From contig JAVJQW010000008.1 of the NCBI GenBank assembly GCA_040218735.1, positions 64,001 through 128,000 on the forward strand: a stretch of DNA of 64,000 nt. The letters run 5' to 3'. The position numbers were made by a program, and so were the translations under genes. The DNA is from Deltaproteobacteria bacterium (GTDB lineage: Bacteria; Myxococcota; Kuafuiibacteriia; Kuafuiibacteriales; Kuafuiibacteriaceae). Below, in pieces: positions 18,780-28,625 of this stretch (its first letter is position 1; the number at the start of each line of letters is the position of its first letter). The notes below the pieces were generated by a model. It had not been told where the DNA came from and made no database searches. It saw nothing but the letters and a program-made list of their open reading frames with translations.

Positions 18780-20343
18780 CCAATGCCGTTCACTTAGCGG
18801 ACGGGCCCGCCTCGAGCTCCATCAGGCGGAGAGGGGCGCCTCGACGTAGGGCAGCGCGCCGGCGCCGCGGAGCGTCGCGTCCCTCGTCCGCCGTTTCGCC
18901 GGGCTGGTGAAGGAGGGGGGCCGCGGAGCGCGGTGCTCCGAAGGAGGGCCGCGACACCGGCTGCTATCGCTCTCACGAGCTGCCCTCCGCGCGTGCCGGT
19001 GGCGTCGGATGCCCTCCACGCCGCGGGCGCTCGTGACACACGTCCTGCCTGGGCTGGGTGGAGCGGCGCTCGTGAATCCTCCGAGCGATGAGGGCGCGAC
19101 CCAACACTTCGTTCGCGGCGTGAAGGTTGTGCGCCCGGCACAACAAGCGCATCTCCCGGACCACGCTCTTGGCGCCCAGCGCGCGGCCGCCCACGTGATC
19201 GAATTCGAGGTTCGACCGTTCGCTGCATCGCCGACCGTCCGGGCTCACGTACGTGCACTGCGCGCCATCGCGCGCGACCACCGCGCGGCGCGTTGCCGCC
19301 GGGACGTACGCTGCGCCCGCGGGTGCGTCCTCGGCGGGCTTCGACCGCGGACGACTCGTCTTTCCGTTCTTCCTCCTCTCCAGCTTCTCCACGTAGAGCG
19401 CGAGCGCCGCTTCGAAGATCTCCCCGATGTCGGTCCCAGGCGGGGTGAGCTCCTTGGCTCGATCCAAGAGCGCCTTCGCTTCGGCGCTCCCGTCGAAGCG
19501 AAAAGCGAACGTCTCCGCGGTCGCCGCCTCGACGCGGTCGTCACTGCTCTTCGCGCCTGGGAACTCGGTCGCGATCAGCATCTCGACCTCGGCCTTGGAT
19601 TTGTTTCGCGCCTGCTCGACGAGGCTGTGGGCGTTGTCGTCGTTCATGAACTTCGAGAGCTTCGCTACGCCCGTCATGTGCAGCTCACCGGTCGCGATCA
19701 TCTGGAAGACCTCGGGCACCCGCCGCGCCGCGCGCACCACGGCGACGCGCCGGCACGCCTGGTCCTCGGTCAGCCCGAGCCCCTCGACGCAGAACCGGAA
19801 CAGCGAGCTGAAGCCGCGCTCGATGTAGAGCTTGCGCCGCTCGATCTCCGCCATGAACCGGAGCGCCTGTACACCGCTATTCAGCTCCGCGCGAAGCGCT
19901 TCACGAAGTCCGCTCCGGAGATTGGTTTGGGTCATGCAAGACAGGTTGCAAGCTTTCGGGCTCATGCAGCGAAGGTATCATCGAGCCCTCGAAGCGCGAT
20001 TCGGCACGACTCGAGGATGGCGGTCTCAGACGTGCGAGGACGAGCGCCATGGACCGTCAGCGTCCGGCGATGCGTCCAAGCTCGAAAAACTTCGAAACGG
20101 ACTGCGTTCGTCAAGGAGATGGCCTGGACACGGCCTTCGATTCCGTCAACCCCTGCAACTCAACTTGCGCGACCGGCCAATTCCCGCTTACCAGCCGGCG
20201 AACCTCACACATCCATCGCAGCCCGGACCGTCGCCGGCGCGACTTGCGGCGCCTCTTCCGGCGGTTTTCGCGAAACGCGTCGAAGGCGCCGTGGTCGCTC
20301 GCGTGCCACGCCGCGAAGAGCCATGAAGCCGTGCTCCGAACGC
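18780..20343 (-). repeat. Copy 2 of the ~1.5-kb HNH-gene repeat element
   Basis: Aligns with 8220-9685 across coding and non-coding parts; begins about 3 bp after the helicase stop. Confidence 0.9.
18973..19935 (-). CDS. HNH endonuclease (DUF222-like, myxobacterial multicopy type)
   Basis: RKLYIERGFSSLFRFCVEGLGL; C-terminal RRAVVARDGAQCTYVSPDGRRC..LEFDH..LLCRAHN. Confidence 0.85.
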   Translation of the reverse strand: MTQTNLRSGLREALRAELNSGVQALRFMAEIERRKLYIERGFSSLFRFCVEGLGLTEDQACRRVAVVRAARRVPEVFQMIATGELHMTGVAKLSKFMNDDNAHSLVEQARNKSKAEVEMLIATEFPGAKSSDDRVEAATAETFAFRFDGSAEAKALLDRAKELTPPGTDIGEIFEAALALYVEKLERRKNGKTSRPRSKPAEDAPAGAAYVPAATRRAVVARDGAQCTYVSPDGRRCSERSNLEFDHVGGRALGAKSVVREMRLLCRAHNLHAANEVLGRALIARRIHERRSTQPRQDVCHERPRRGGHPTPPARAEGSS

Positions 20344-20360
20344 CCGAGCGGCGGCTTTCC

Positions 20361-20650
20361 GATTCACGAGCGCCGCTCCAACCAGCGAGGTGTACCCGCG
20401 AGCACAACCTTCACGTAGCCCGCGAGTTGGTGGGCCGCGCCCTCATCGATAAGCGGATTCACGAGCGCCGCTCTACCCAGCGCGCCCGTGTGAAGAACAT
20501 CCACCGCAGCGCTTGGAGGGCAGCGCGTGTCGCTGCGAGGCCCCCTGTTCACTCGTCGGCGAAGCGCTCACCGAGGCCGAGTCGCTCAGCGCCGCCAGCG
20601 CGGTGCGCTTCCGCGAGGAGCCCTACGCGGCCTCATCAGCCGCTCGATGT
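20361..20650 (+). pseudogene. Inverted remnant of the HNH element 3' end plus its trailer
   Basis: Encodes CTREHNLHVARELVGRALIDKRIHERRSTQ (compare CRAHNLHAANEVLGRALIARRIHERRSTQ); 20530-20650 aligns with the reverse complement of ~18810-18935. Confidence 0.8.
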
Positions 20651-20707
20651 CGAAGAGGGCAAAGGTAAAGGGCAAGTTCAAGTTCAAACGGCCCGACCTC
20701 GTCGCCG

Positions 20708-21295
20708 TTAGAGCACGAAGACGAGGACGTACATCGCCACCCACACCACGCCGACGAAGTGCCAGTAGACCGCCCAGAGGCGGACGCGGAGGTGGCGGGG
20801 GGCGGTGTAGCGGCCCTGGTAGGCGAAGACCGTGAGCACCGCGAGGGCGACGACGCCGAGCACGACGTGCAGGGCGTGGATGCCGGAGAGGCCGTAGAGG
20901 ACGGCGGCGTAGGCGCCGCGGTGGATGTCGAGGCCGGCGGCTTGGAGATCGACGCCAACGATATACTGAATGGCGACGAACACGATCCCCAGCGCCGTGG
21001 TCAGGGCCAACACGTGCGCGAGCAGCTTCGGCTGGCCCTGGCGCACCGCGCGTAGGCCGTACTCGAACGTGAAGGACGAGGCGAGCATGACGGCCGTGTT
21101 GAGCGTCGGGAGCGTGAGCTCGGGGAGGGGGAGGCCGATCGGCGGCCACTCGGGTGCGTTGAAGCGGACGGCGCCGTAGACGAGGAAGATGCTGACGAAC
21201 ATCATCGCCCACGACGCGATGAAGATGACCATGCCGAGGTAGGCCGTCTTCTTCTCTTCCGCGTACGGGGACGGGTAGCTGACGACGTCGCCCAT
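20708..21295 (-). CDS. ctaE: Heme-copper oxidase subunit III (second copy)
   Basis: GMVIFIASWAMMF, LNTAVMLASS, GIHALHV, YWHFVGVVW. Confidence 0.9.
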   Translation of the reverse strand: MGDVVSYPSPYAEEKKTAYLGMVIFIASWAMMFVSIFLVYGAVRFNAPEWPPIGLPLPELTLPTLNTAVMLASSFTFEYGLRAVRQGQPKLLAHVLALTTALGIVFVAIQYIVGVDLQAAGLDIHRGAYAAVLYGLSGIHALHVVLGVVALAVLTVFAYQGRYTAPRHLRVRLWAVYWHFVGVVWVAMYVLVFVL

Positions 21296-21336
21296 CGCCC
21301 TTTTCAGTCGGCGGTCCGACCCGCCGAGTCAACCGT

Positions 21337-21951
21337 TCAGGCGCCGAGGTCGGCCACGACCAAGGGGTGCAGCTGCGCGTGGGCGGCGTCCACGCGGCGG
21401 TTGTACTCGGTTGCGCCGAGGGCGCGGTCGTCGAGGATTCGCCGGATGCGCATCGGCCCGTAGCAGTAGGCCGCGACGGCGTGGGCGATGTCGCCGTCGA
21501 AGCGGCCGCGGAGCCAGGCGAGGTATTCGATCCCGATGAGGACGTTGTGCACGGGGTGTTCGAGCGTTCGCGGTCCGCGCCACCGGACGCCGGCGCGACG
21601 CGCGAAACTCTCGGCCGTGTTCGGGAGGAGCTGCATCAGGCCGATCGCGCCGACGGAGCTCTTCGCTTTGGTGCGGAAGCGGCTCTCGGTGGTGATCATC
21701 GCCAGCACCAACGCGGGGTCGATGCCGTGTCGCGCGGACTGGCTGTCGATCGCCTGCGCGACGCGTTCGCGCGTGACGGGGTGCCAGTAGGGCGCGCGCG
21801 CTTCGAGGACCTCGAGGATCGCGGCTTCGGGGTCGGGGTCCGCGATCGAGGTCGCGCGCGCGGCGTTCTTCAGCGCTTGCGCCACCTCGGATTCGTCGAA
21901 CGCGATGGGCTGGGTCGTCGCCACGAGCGTGAGCGTGATCGCACCGAGCAT
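21337..21951 (-). CDS. Lytic transglycosylase (SLT domain)
   Basis: IDPALVLAMITTESRF..SSVGAIGLMQL..AAYCYG; start uncertain (could extend to 22062). Confidence 0.88.
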   Translation of the reverse strand: MLGAITLTLVATTQPIAFDESEVAQALKNAARATSIADPDPEAAILEVLEARAPYWHPVTRERVAQAIDSQSARHGIDPALVLAMITTESRFRTKAKSSVGAIGLMQLLPNTAESFARRAGVRWRGPRTLEHPVHNVLIGIEYLAWLRGRFDGDIAHAVAAYCYGPMRIRRILDDRALGATEYNRRVDAAHAQLHPLVVADLGA

Positions 21952-22153
21952 CGTGCGCTCTTGGAATTGCAACCCCTGATCCAGTTGGAGTCGCGTCGTC
22001 GATCCCCCGACACATGAGGCCGACCTGTCGGCGTCGTGACGATCCCGCACAGGTGTCGTCATTCTGTCGCGCGACCTGAATCACGAAGTGCGCGGACGCA
22101 CGCGACGTCGGGTCCGCGTCCAATGTTCCCGACGCCGCGTGCGCCCCACGCGA

Positions 22154-22963
22154 TCACAAGGTGCGACGGGCCTTCTTCATCAGCTCGTCGTACCAACCGG
22201 CGACGGCGCCGCTCGCGCCGCGCGCCTCCTCGAACTTCGCGAGCTCCGCGTCGACCGCCTTCGCGAGGCCTTCGACGGTGCGCGGCCCGACGTACGGTCG
22301 ACCGTTCACGTAGAGCATCGGCGTCCCGCGCACGCCGATCCGCGCGAGGTTCTGGCGGTCACGCTCGAGACGCTGTTTGCACTCTGCGCCGTCGAGGTCC
22401 GCCGCGAACCTCTTCGTGTCGAGCCCGCTCTTCTTGGCGACTTCGATGATGGCGTCCTTGCCGAGCTCCTCGCGCTTCATCTGCGGACGCCCGCCGGTCG
22501 TCGACCACGCGGTGGCCCACAGGGCGTCGCTGAACGGTTCGAAGCGATCCTGCTTCGCGGCCGCGCACGTCGCGAGCGCCGCCGCCGTCGCGAGCTGCGG
22601 GTGCACGACGAACTGCTTCGACACCACGCGCAAGCTGTCTTGCCCCTCGTACTTGTCGATGAGCTGCGAGAGGATCGGCTCGACCAGCGCGCAGTACGGG
22701 CACGCGTACTCGTAGGCTTCGACGATCGTGACCTTTGCGTCGGCCGCGCCGCGGATCGCGTCGTGTTCGTCGACGGGGAGGTAGTAGGTGACGGAAGGAT
22801 CCGGGCGCTTCGGCTGCGGGCGCGCGGCGGGTCGTTGTTTCTCGACGGTCTCGACGCGCTCTTCGAGCTGGTCCACGCGCTCGGTGAGTTGGGCGACGCG
22901 GGGATCTGGGCCGCCGTCGCACGCGACGAGCGCGAGGGCTGAGAGGATGAAGGTTCGATTCAT
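22154..22963 (-). CDS. DsbA-family thioredoxin lipoprotein
   Basis: Lipobox LVAC; EYACPYC; GVRGTP. Confidence 0.9.
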   Translation of the reverse strand: MNRTFILSALALVACDGGPDPRVAQLTERVDQLEERVETVEKQRPAARPQPKRPDPSVTYYLPVDEHDAIRGAADAKVTIVEAYEYACPYCALVEPILSQLIDKYEGQDSLRVVSKQFVVHPQLATAAALATCAAAKQDRFEPFSDALWATAWSTTGGRPQMKREELGKDAIIEVAKKSGLDTKRFAADLDGAECKQRLERDRQNLARIGVRGTPMLYVNGRPYVGPRTVEGLAKAVDAELAKFEEARGASGAVAGWYDELMKKARRTL

Positions 22964-23212
22964 GACTGAGTTCTCCTGAGTCGGCGCGAACGAACGCGCC
23001 GGTCCACGACGCCCACCGAACCCCGAAGGGAGGGCGCGCGACGAACGACGAGAGGCCACGGCCGAGCGGGCCGGGGCGGTCACAGGGGATCGCAGCGATT
23101 CACGAGACGCCGACCGAAACCGACGACTCGACGACGGGTCCGAACGGACGAACACAACACATCGCGGCCGACGAGGGTCGACGGCGAAGTCATGAAAACG
23201 CTGCGATGAAAC

Positions 23213-23572
23213 TCAGGCGCGGGGAGGCCGGTCGATCCGGCGAAGGCGTCCGTCGTGCGCTCCGAGCGTGTCATCGAGCGCTTCGAGGGTGCCGCTACGC
23301 CAAGGGGCGTCCGGCGGGAGGACGATCGCGAACATCTCGACGCTGCGCTTCACGCTGCGCGGCCCCGGGACGGGGAGGCCACCGTTCGATTCGCTGAGGC
23401 AGGCGCGGTCCACGACACCGTCTGCGTCCACACAGAGCGCGCGCGGCGGCGGTTTCGGTGCGGGCGCCTCACACACCGTCAGCTCCTCGGTCCACACCGA
23501 CATCTGCGGCTCCGCCGGCTCCGTTGGGCCGGACAGCATCGCGAACAGGGTGGTGACGAGCGCGGAGATCAC
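23213..23572 (-). CDS. Small hypothetical exported protein
   Basis: 119-aa ORF with hydrophobic N-terminus, ending DRPPRA. Confidence 0.5.
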   Translation of the reverse strand: MISALVTTLFAMLSGPTEPAEPQMSVWTEELTVCEAPAPKPPPRALCVDADGVVDRACLSESNGGLPVPGPRSVKRSVEMFAIVLPPDAPWRSGTLEALDDTLGAHDGRLRRIDRPPRA

Positions 23573-23685
23573 AGGACGATCGGGAACAGGACACTCGCTC
23601 TACGACGTCTATTCCCGCGCGGGTCCGAAAAGTTCCGGGGCCACCTTGTCCGGACCGAGCGACGTCCCTATCACGGGCGAACGCC

Positions 23686-24237
23686 ATGTCGCCGGAGCAG
23701 CAGAAGCGCGCGAACAAGTTCCTCAGCCTCGTGCTCCGACACCGCCCCGAGGTAGTCGGCATCGCGCTGGGCCCACAGGGCTGGGTCGACGTCGACGTGC
23801 TGCTCGCTGCGCTCGACGCCCACGGGCGTCGCCTCACGCGACGTGAGCTCGACGTGATCGTGCAGAACAACTCGAAGAAGCGGTTCCTCCTGTCCGAGGA
23901 CGGCCGCCGCATTCGCGCGAGCCAGGGGCACTCCGTGAAGCTCGACCTCGGGTACGAGCCGGTCGAGCCGCCCGACCTCCTCTTCCACGGCACCGCGGAG
24001 CGCTTCCTCGATGTGATCCGCCGCGAGGGCCTCCGCAAGATGCAGCGTCACCACGTGCACCTCTCGGCGAACGAAGCCACCGCGCGTGAGGTCGGCGCGC
24101 GCCACGGACGCCCGGTCGTGCTCCGCGTCGACGCCAAGACGATGCACGAACGCGGCGCGCAGTTCTTCTGCTCCGACAACGGCGTGTGGCTGACGGACGC
24201 CGTCGAGCCCGAGTTCCTCGCCGGTTTCTCGGACTAA
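23686..24237 (+). CDS. kptA: RNA 2'-phosphotransferase (Tpt1/KptA)
   Basis: [35 protein letters not shown]. Confidence 0.95.
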   Translation: MSPEQQKRANKFLSLVLRHRPEVVGIALGPQGWVDVDVLLAALDAHGRRLTRRELDVIVQNNSKKRFLLSEDGRRIRASQGHSVKLDLGYEPVEPPDLLFHGTAERFLDVIRREGLRKMQRHHVHLSANEATAREVGARHGRPVVLRVDAKTMHERGAQFFCSDNGVWLTDAVEPEFLAGFSD

Positions 24238-25808
24238 CGCGACGTGCGCGGGCCGCGAACGAAGACGCGGTAGGCCCAGGGCTCGAGCTCGAAGACGTCG
24301 CCCCCTCGCACCGTCACGGCTTCCTCGCTGAAGAGCTCCACGTAGTCGCCGTCGATCGAGCCGGCATTTTCGCTCGGCTCCAGACGCACGCCCGAGAGGT
24401 GGTGCGGTGAGAGGTTGAGCACGACGAGGACGGCGTCGTCGCCGTCGCGGCGCACGTAGGCGTACGCGTGTTCGGCGGGGGCCGTGTCGATCTTTCGGAA
24501 GTCGTCGAAGCCGACGTGGTGCAGCGCCGGGTTCGCGCGGAAGAGCTGCAGCAGCTTCGTGTAGAACGGCCGGTAGCCTTCGGGGTCGGACCAGTCGAGC
24601 TTCACCGCGGGGTCGTGCGTGAGCGGTGCGCTGTCGAGCACTTCGCCGTTCACGCGCACACGCATCCCGGCTTCTTGCCCGTCGAAGATCAGCGGCTTGC
24701 CCGGGAGGGTGCACGCGAGGACGGCGAAGGTTCGGATGCCTTCGCGGTAGCGATCCTGCAGCGTCCACACGCCGTTGTCGTCGTGGTTGTAGGTCATCCG
24801 CATCGAGAGCGCTTCGGGCGCGTCGAGGTACGGGACGAACTGGTCGAAGTAGAGCGCGTCGTCGATCGTCGTGACGGGTTGGTGTCCGTGCGCGACGTCG
24901 CCGAGGCGCGGGTACACGCTCCAGTCGTAGGTCATGTCGAAGACCGGGTGGTACTGGCGTCCGTTCGCCTCCGCGAGGAGGAACACGGGGCGGTCGACCT
25001 CGAGCGCGGAGCGCAGCTCGCGGAAGAACTCGATCGGCATGTGGTGGGCGAAGTCGACGCGGAAGCCGTCGATGTCGAACCGCTCGCGGAACGCCACCAT
25101 CTGATCCTGCATCCAACGCCACAGGTCGCGGTTCGAGTAGTCGAGCTGCGCGATCCACCGAAACTGCTCGCCGACGGAGCGGATGCGCCCGGCTTCGTCG
25201 CGCGCGTACCAGTCGGGGTGTTCGTCGATCAGCGGGTTGTCCCACGCGGTGTGGTTCGGCACCCAGTCGACGATGACGCGCATGTCGAGCGCGTGCGCCG
25301 CGTTCACCAGGTCGGTCAGATCCGCCGCCGCGCTCGCCTCCGTCCCGTCCGAGCCGTACTCGGGGTTGAGCTGGTCGTAACGTTTGATCGCGTAGGGGTT
25401 GCCGAATGGGGCGTCGATCGCCTCGCCACCGTTGACCGCGACGATGCTGCCGATCGCGTTCACCGGGAGGAGCCACACGATCCCGACGCCCAGCGCCTTG
25501 AGCTCCGGGAGCCGCGCCTCGACGCCCTTGAAGTTCCCTGCCTCCGAGAAGTGTCGAACGTAGAGCTCGTAGATCGGCTCGCGGTGCCGCCACTCGGCGA
25601 ACGGGACTTCGCGTCGCGGGGGCGCGGGTGGGTTCGTCCCCTTCGGCGCACCGATCGCCGTGAACGCCGTAGCCTCCACTGGCTCGAACGTGGGGACGGG
25701 CGTGGGTTCGACCTCGGACGGCGGCGCCTCGGCGGGCACCAACGGCTCCTCCGCGGGCGCGCAACCGAGGAAGGTCACGACAACGATCAGCGCTGACTTC
25801 GACGACAT
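24234..25808 (-). CDS. Alpha-amylase family (GH13) lipoprotein
   Basis: DWVPNHT, DGFRVD, LAEA, NHDDN catalytic regions; lipobox FLGC. Confidence 0.92.
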   Translation of the reverse strand: MSSKSALIVVVTFLGCAPAEEPLVPAEAPPSEVEPTPVPTFEPVEATAFTAIGAPKGTNPPAPPRREVPFAEWRHREPIYELYVRHFSEAGNFKGVEARLPELKALGVGIVWLLPVNAIGSIVAVNGGEAIDAPFGNPYAIKRYDQLNPEYGSDGTEASAAADLTDLVNAAHALDMRVIVDWVPNHTAWDNPLIDEHPDWYARDEAGRIRSVGEQFRWIAQLDYSNRDLWRWMQDQMVAFRERFDIDGFRVDFAHHMPIEFFRELRSALEVDRPVFLLAEANGRQYHPVFDMTYDWSVYPRLGDVAHGHQPVTTIDDALYFDQFVPYLDAPEALSMRMTYNHDDNGVWTLQDRYREGIRTFAVLACTLPGKPLIFDGQEAGMRVRVNGEVLDSAPLTHDPAVKLDWSDPEGYRPFYTKLLQLFRANPALHHVGFDDFRKIDTAPAEHAYAYVRRDGDDAVLVVLNLSPHHLSGVRLEPSENAGSIDGDYVELFSEEAVTVRGGDVFELEPWAYRVFVRGPRTSR

Positions 25809-25912
25809 CGAATATCTCCTCGTCGCGTAGCGTCGATGGCTCGTCGTTCTTCGGTCGACGCGGTCCGCCGCCAAACATCCCACCGAAACCGTCGCGTGCT
25901 ACGGTCGGGGAC

Positions 25913-26767
25913 ATGGGGTCGGCGTCGCGAGCGAGCCGGACCACACTCCAGGTTCACGCCGTCGGAGGCGCGACCCCCAAGCGCCTCGTCACCAAGACGC
26001 CGACGCTCGTCGTCGGGATCGAAGCGGCCATCGCGGACGTCGAGGTGCGCAAGGCGCAATTCACGATCGACCGGTCGAGCTGCCTCGTCGTCCCCGCGCG
26101 TGCGCGCGTCGTGGTCTCCTCGTCGTCCGCGTCACGGGTCGCGACGATCGGGTTCGAGGCCGCGACCTTCGACGCGGTGGAGCGGACCTACCAACGACTC
26201 GGGTTCGAGCGCGACCGCTTCGACGATTGGCTCACGACCGCTGCGCTCCTCCCGCGCACGGTTTGGGTGCACGAGATCGTGCATCGATTCGTCTTCGAGC
26301 GGTGGGCGCTCGGCGAGGCGGACAACCAGGCGACGCGGTTCCTGGAGGTGGAGATCCTCAAGGAGATCTACTTCCTGTTCCGCGATCGCGACGCGGGCGC
26401 CGAGCGCTCGACGATCGTCCAGAAGCGGAGCGCTGTCCTCGAGCGCGCGGTGGCGTACATCGAGGCGCACGTGTTGGAGCCCTCCGACGTTGCGGCGCTC
26501 GCGCGCGCGGCGGGTGCGAGCGAGCGTACGCTGTTGAGGACCTTCCGCCGCGAGCTGTCGACGACGCCCGCGGCGTACTGGCGGACGCGGAAGCTCGACG
26601 AGGCGCTCGTGCTCCTGCGCGCCGGACGCGACTCGGTCGCGGAGGTCGCGGCGAAGGTCGGCTACGAGAACCCGACGGCGTTCGGGCACGCGTTTCGGTT
26701 GCGATTCAATCGCCCGCCGTCGGCGTTCCGGCCGCGCGCGGACGTACGTCCGGCGCCCGAGATCTAG
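25913..26767 (+). CDS. AraC-family transcriptional regulator
   Basis: C-terminal double HTH ..SVAEVAAKVGYENPTAFGHAFR. Confidence 0.92.
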   Translation: MGSASRASRTTLQVHAVGGATPKRLVTKTPTLVVGIEAAIADVEVRKAQFTIDRSSCLVVPARARVVVSSSSASRVATIGFEAATFDAVERTYQRLGFERDRFDDWLTTAALLPRTVWVHEIVHRFVFERWALGEADNQATRFLEVEILKEIYFLFRDRDAGAERSTIVQKRSAVLERAVAYIEAHVLEPSDVAALARAAGASERTLLRTFRRELSTTPAAYWRTRKLDEALVLLRAGRDSVAEVAAKVGYENPTAFGHAFRLRFNRPPSAFRPRADVRPAPEI

Positions 26768-26792
26768 GCTTCGATCTTGTCGAGGTGGTCGG

Positions 26793-26816
26793 GCCGACCC
26801 GCGGACGCGGGTCGGC
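26793..26816. terminator. Perfect 10-bp hairpin between convergent araC and coxI genes (candidate terminator)
   Basis: gccgacccgc-ggac-gcgggtcggc. Confidence 0.55.
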
Positions 26817-26822
26817 GAGCAG

Positions 26823-28616
26823 TCACGCGGACTGGGCTGCGGGGGCTTCGCCGCTGTCGGTCGCGCCGCCGCCTTCGGACGTGTCGCCCGCGGGGATCTC
26901 TTCGGTCTGGTACACGAAGTCGCGGCCGAGCTTCTTCATGTACTCGGGGTGCGAGAACTCGTGCGGACCGTGGTGGACCACCGGGATCGTGTCGAAGTTG
27001 TGCACCGGCGAGGGCGACGGGATCGTCCACTCGAGCGTGCCGACGTTCCACGGGTTCTGCTCCGCCTTCTTCCCGGCGAACACACTCTTGAAGAAGTTGA
27101 TCACGAAGACGACCTGGCCCGCGATCAGCACGAACGCGATGTGCGAGACCGCCGTGTTGAGCGGCTGGAGGTGCTTCAGGAACTCGTAGTGGTAGGGGTC
27201 GTAGAACCAGCGCGGCTGGCCGGCGAACCCGGCGATGAGCTGGCCGATGAACACGCCGTTCAGCCCGAGGAACGTGATCCAGAAGTGAATCTTCCCGAGC
27301 GTCGGGTCCATCATCCGCCCGAACATCTTCGGGAACCAGAAGGCGAGCGCCGCGAGGCTGCCGAGCAGCGCCGCCGAACCCATCGTCAGGTGGAAGTGGC
27401 CGACGACCCACATCGTGTCGTGCAGCTGGAGGTCCGTCGCGATCGTGCCGAGCGGCAGACCGGTCAGGCCGCCGATGCCGAACACGAAGATCGTCCCGAG
27501 CGCGTAGAGCATCGGGACCTCGAAGCGAATCGATCCCTTCCAGATGGTGTGCAGCCAATTGAGGAACAGAATCTCCGCCGGCACCGAGATGAACAGCGTG
27601 AAGATCATGAACGTCTGGCCGAGCAGCGGGCTCATGCCGGTGACGAACATGTGGTGGCCGTACACCACCGCGGACAGGACGCTGACCGCGATCATCGCGT
27701 AGACGGAGCCCTTGTACCAATACGCCGGCTTGCGGGCGAAGAACGACACCAGGTCGCTCACGAAGCCCCACGCCGGGAGGATCAGGATGTAGACCTCGGG
27801 GTGACCGAAGATCCAGAAGAGGTGCTGGAAGAGCAGCGGGTCACCGCCGCCGTTCACCGCCGACGAGCCGGACACGAAGAACTGCGTGCCGAACATCCGA
27901 TCCATCAGGAGCAGGAGGCCGGCCGAGCCGAGCACCGGCACGAACAGAACGTTGAGGATCGCCGTGAGCCAGAGGCCCCAGACGGTCAGCGGCATCCGGA
28001 AGTACGTCATCCCCGGCGCGCGCATGCGAATCACCGTGGTGACGTAGTTGACGCCGCCCATGATTGTCGCGATGCCCGTCACGAAGATCGCACCGACGAC
28101 CAGCGACTGACCGGCGCCCGGCATACCGACGTTGGTCGACAGCGGCGCGTAGGTCGTCCAGGCCGCGCCCGCCGCGCCCATCGGGACGACGAACGACGCG
28201 AGGATCATCAGCTGCGAGACGACGAAGATCCAAAACGACAGCGTGTTCAGCAGCGGGAACGCCATGTCGCGCGCGCCGATCTGCAGCGGGATGCAGAAGT
28301 TCCCGAACGCACCGATCATGATCGGCGTGATCGCCCAGAAGATCATGATCAGCCCGTGCATCGTGAACGTGCTGTTGTAGGCGGTCGGTGTCATCGCGCC
28401 GCCGTTGCTCGGGAAGAGCAGCCCGCCGAGGAGCGGGACCGGCTCGCCCGGGTACGCCCACTGCCACCGGATGAGGTAGGCGAGTGCGCCGCCGAGCGCG
28501 AGGAAGATCAGCCCTGCCCAGAGGAACTGCTTCGCGATGACCTTGTGGTCATACGACCAGATGTACTTCGAGATGAAGCTGGTCGGGGGTGCGTGAATTG
28601 GCTGGAGCTCGACCAT
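26823..28616 (-). CDS. ctaD: Cytochrome c oxidase subunit I (A-family-like, divergent)
   Basis: TMHG, ARDMAFP, GHPEVY, GHHMF, HDT..GHFH. Confidence 0.96.
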   Translation of the reverse strand: MVELQPIHAPPTSFISKYIWSYDHKVIAKQFLWAGLIFLALGGALAYLIRWQWAYPGEPVPLLGGLLFPSNGGAMTPTAYNSTFTMHGLIMIFWAITPIMIGAFGNFCIPLQIGARDMAFPLLNTLSFWIFVVSQLMILASFVVPMGAAGAAWTTYAPLSTNVGMPGAGQSLVVGAIFVTGIATIMGGVNYVTTVIRMRAPGMTYFRMPLTVWGLWLTAILNVLFVPVLGSAGLLLLMDRMFGTQFFVSGSSAVNGGGDPLLFQHLFWIFGHPEVYILILPAWGFVSDLVSFFARKPAYWYKGSVYAMIAVSVLSAVVYGHHMFVTGMSPLLGQTFMIFTLFISVPAEILFLNWLHTIWKGSIRFEVPMLYALGTIFVFGIGGLTGLPLGTIATDLQLHDTMWVVGHFHLTMGSAALLGSLAALAFWFPKMFGRMMDPTLGKIHFWITFLGLNGVFIGQLIAGFAGQPRWFYDPYHYEFLKHLQPLNTAVSHIAFVLIAGQVVFVINFFKSVFAGKKAEQNPWNVGTLEWTIPSPSPVHNFDTIPVVHHGPHEFSHPEYMKKLGRDFVYQTEEIPAGDTSEGGGATDSGEAPAAQSA

Positions 28617-28625
28617 GTCGTTTTC

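Noticed and set aside
20049-20711. 220-aa + strand ORF spanning the HNH leader and remnant
   Set aside because: Chimeric read-through of non-coding repeat and pseudogene fragment; frame not kept in copy 1.
23686-24237. kptA as part of a defence or RNA-repair module with the helicase island
   Set aside because: Lies ~5 kb from the operon among unrelated genes, with no RNA ligase or toxin partner.
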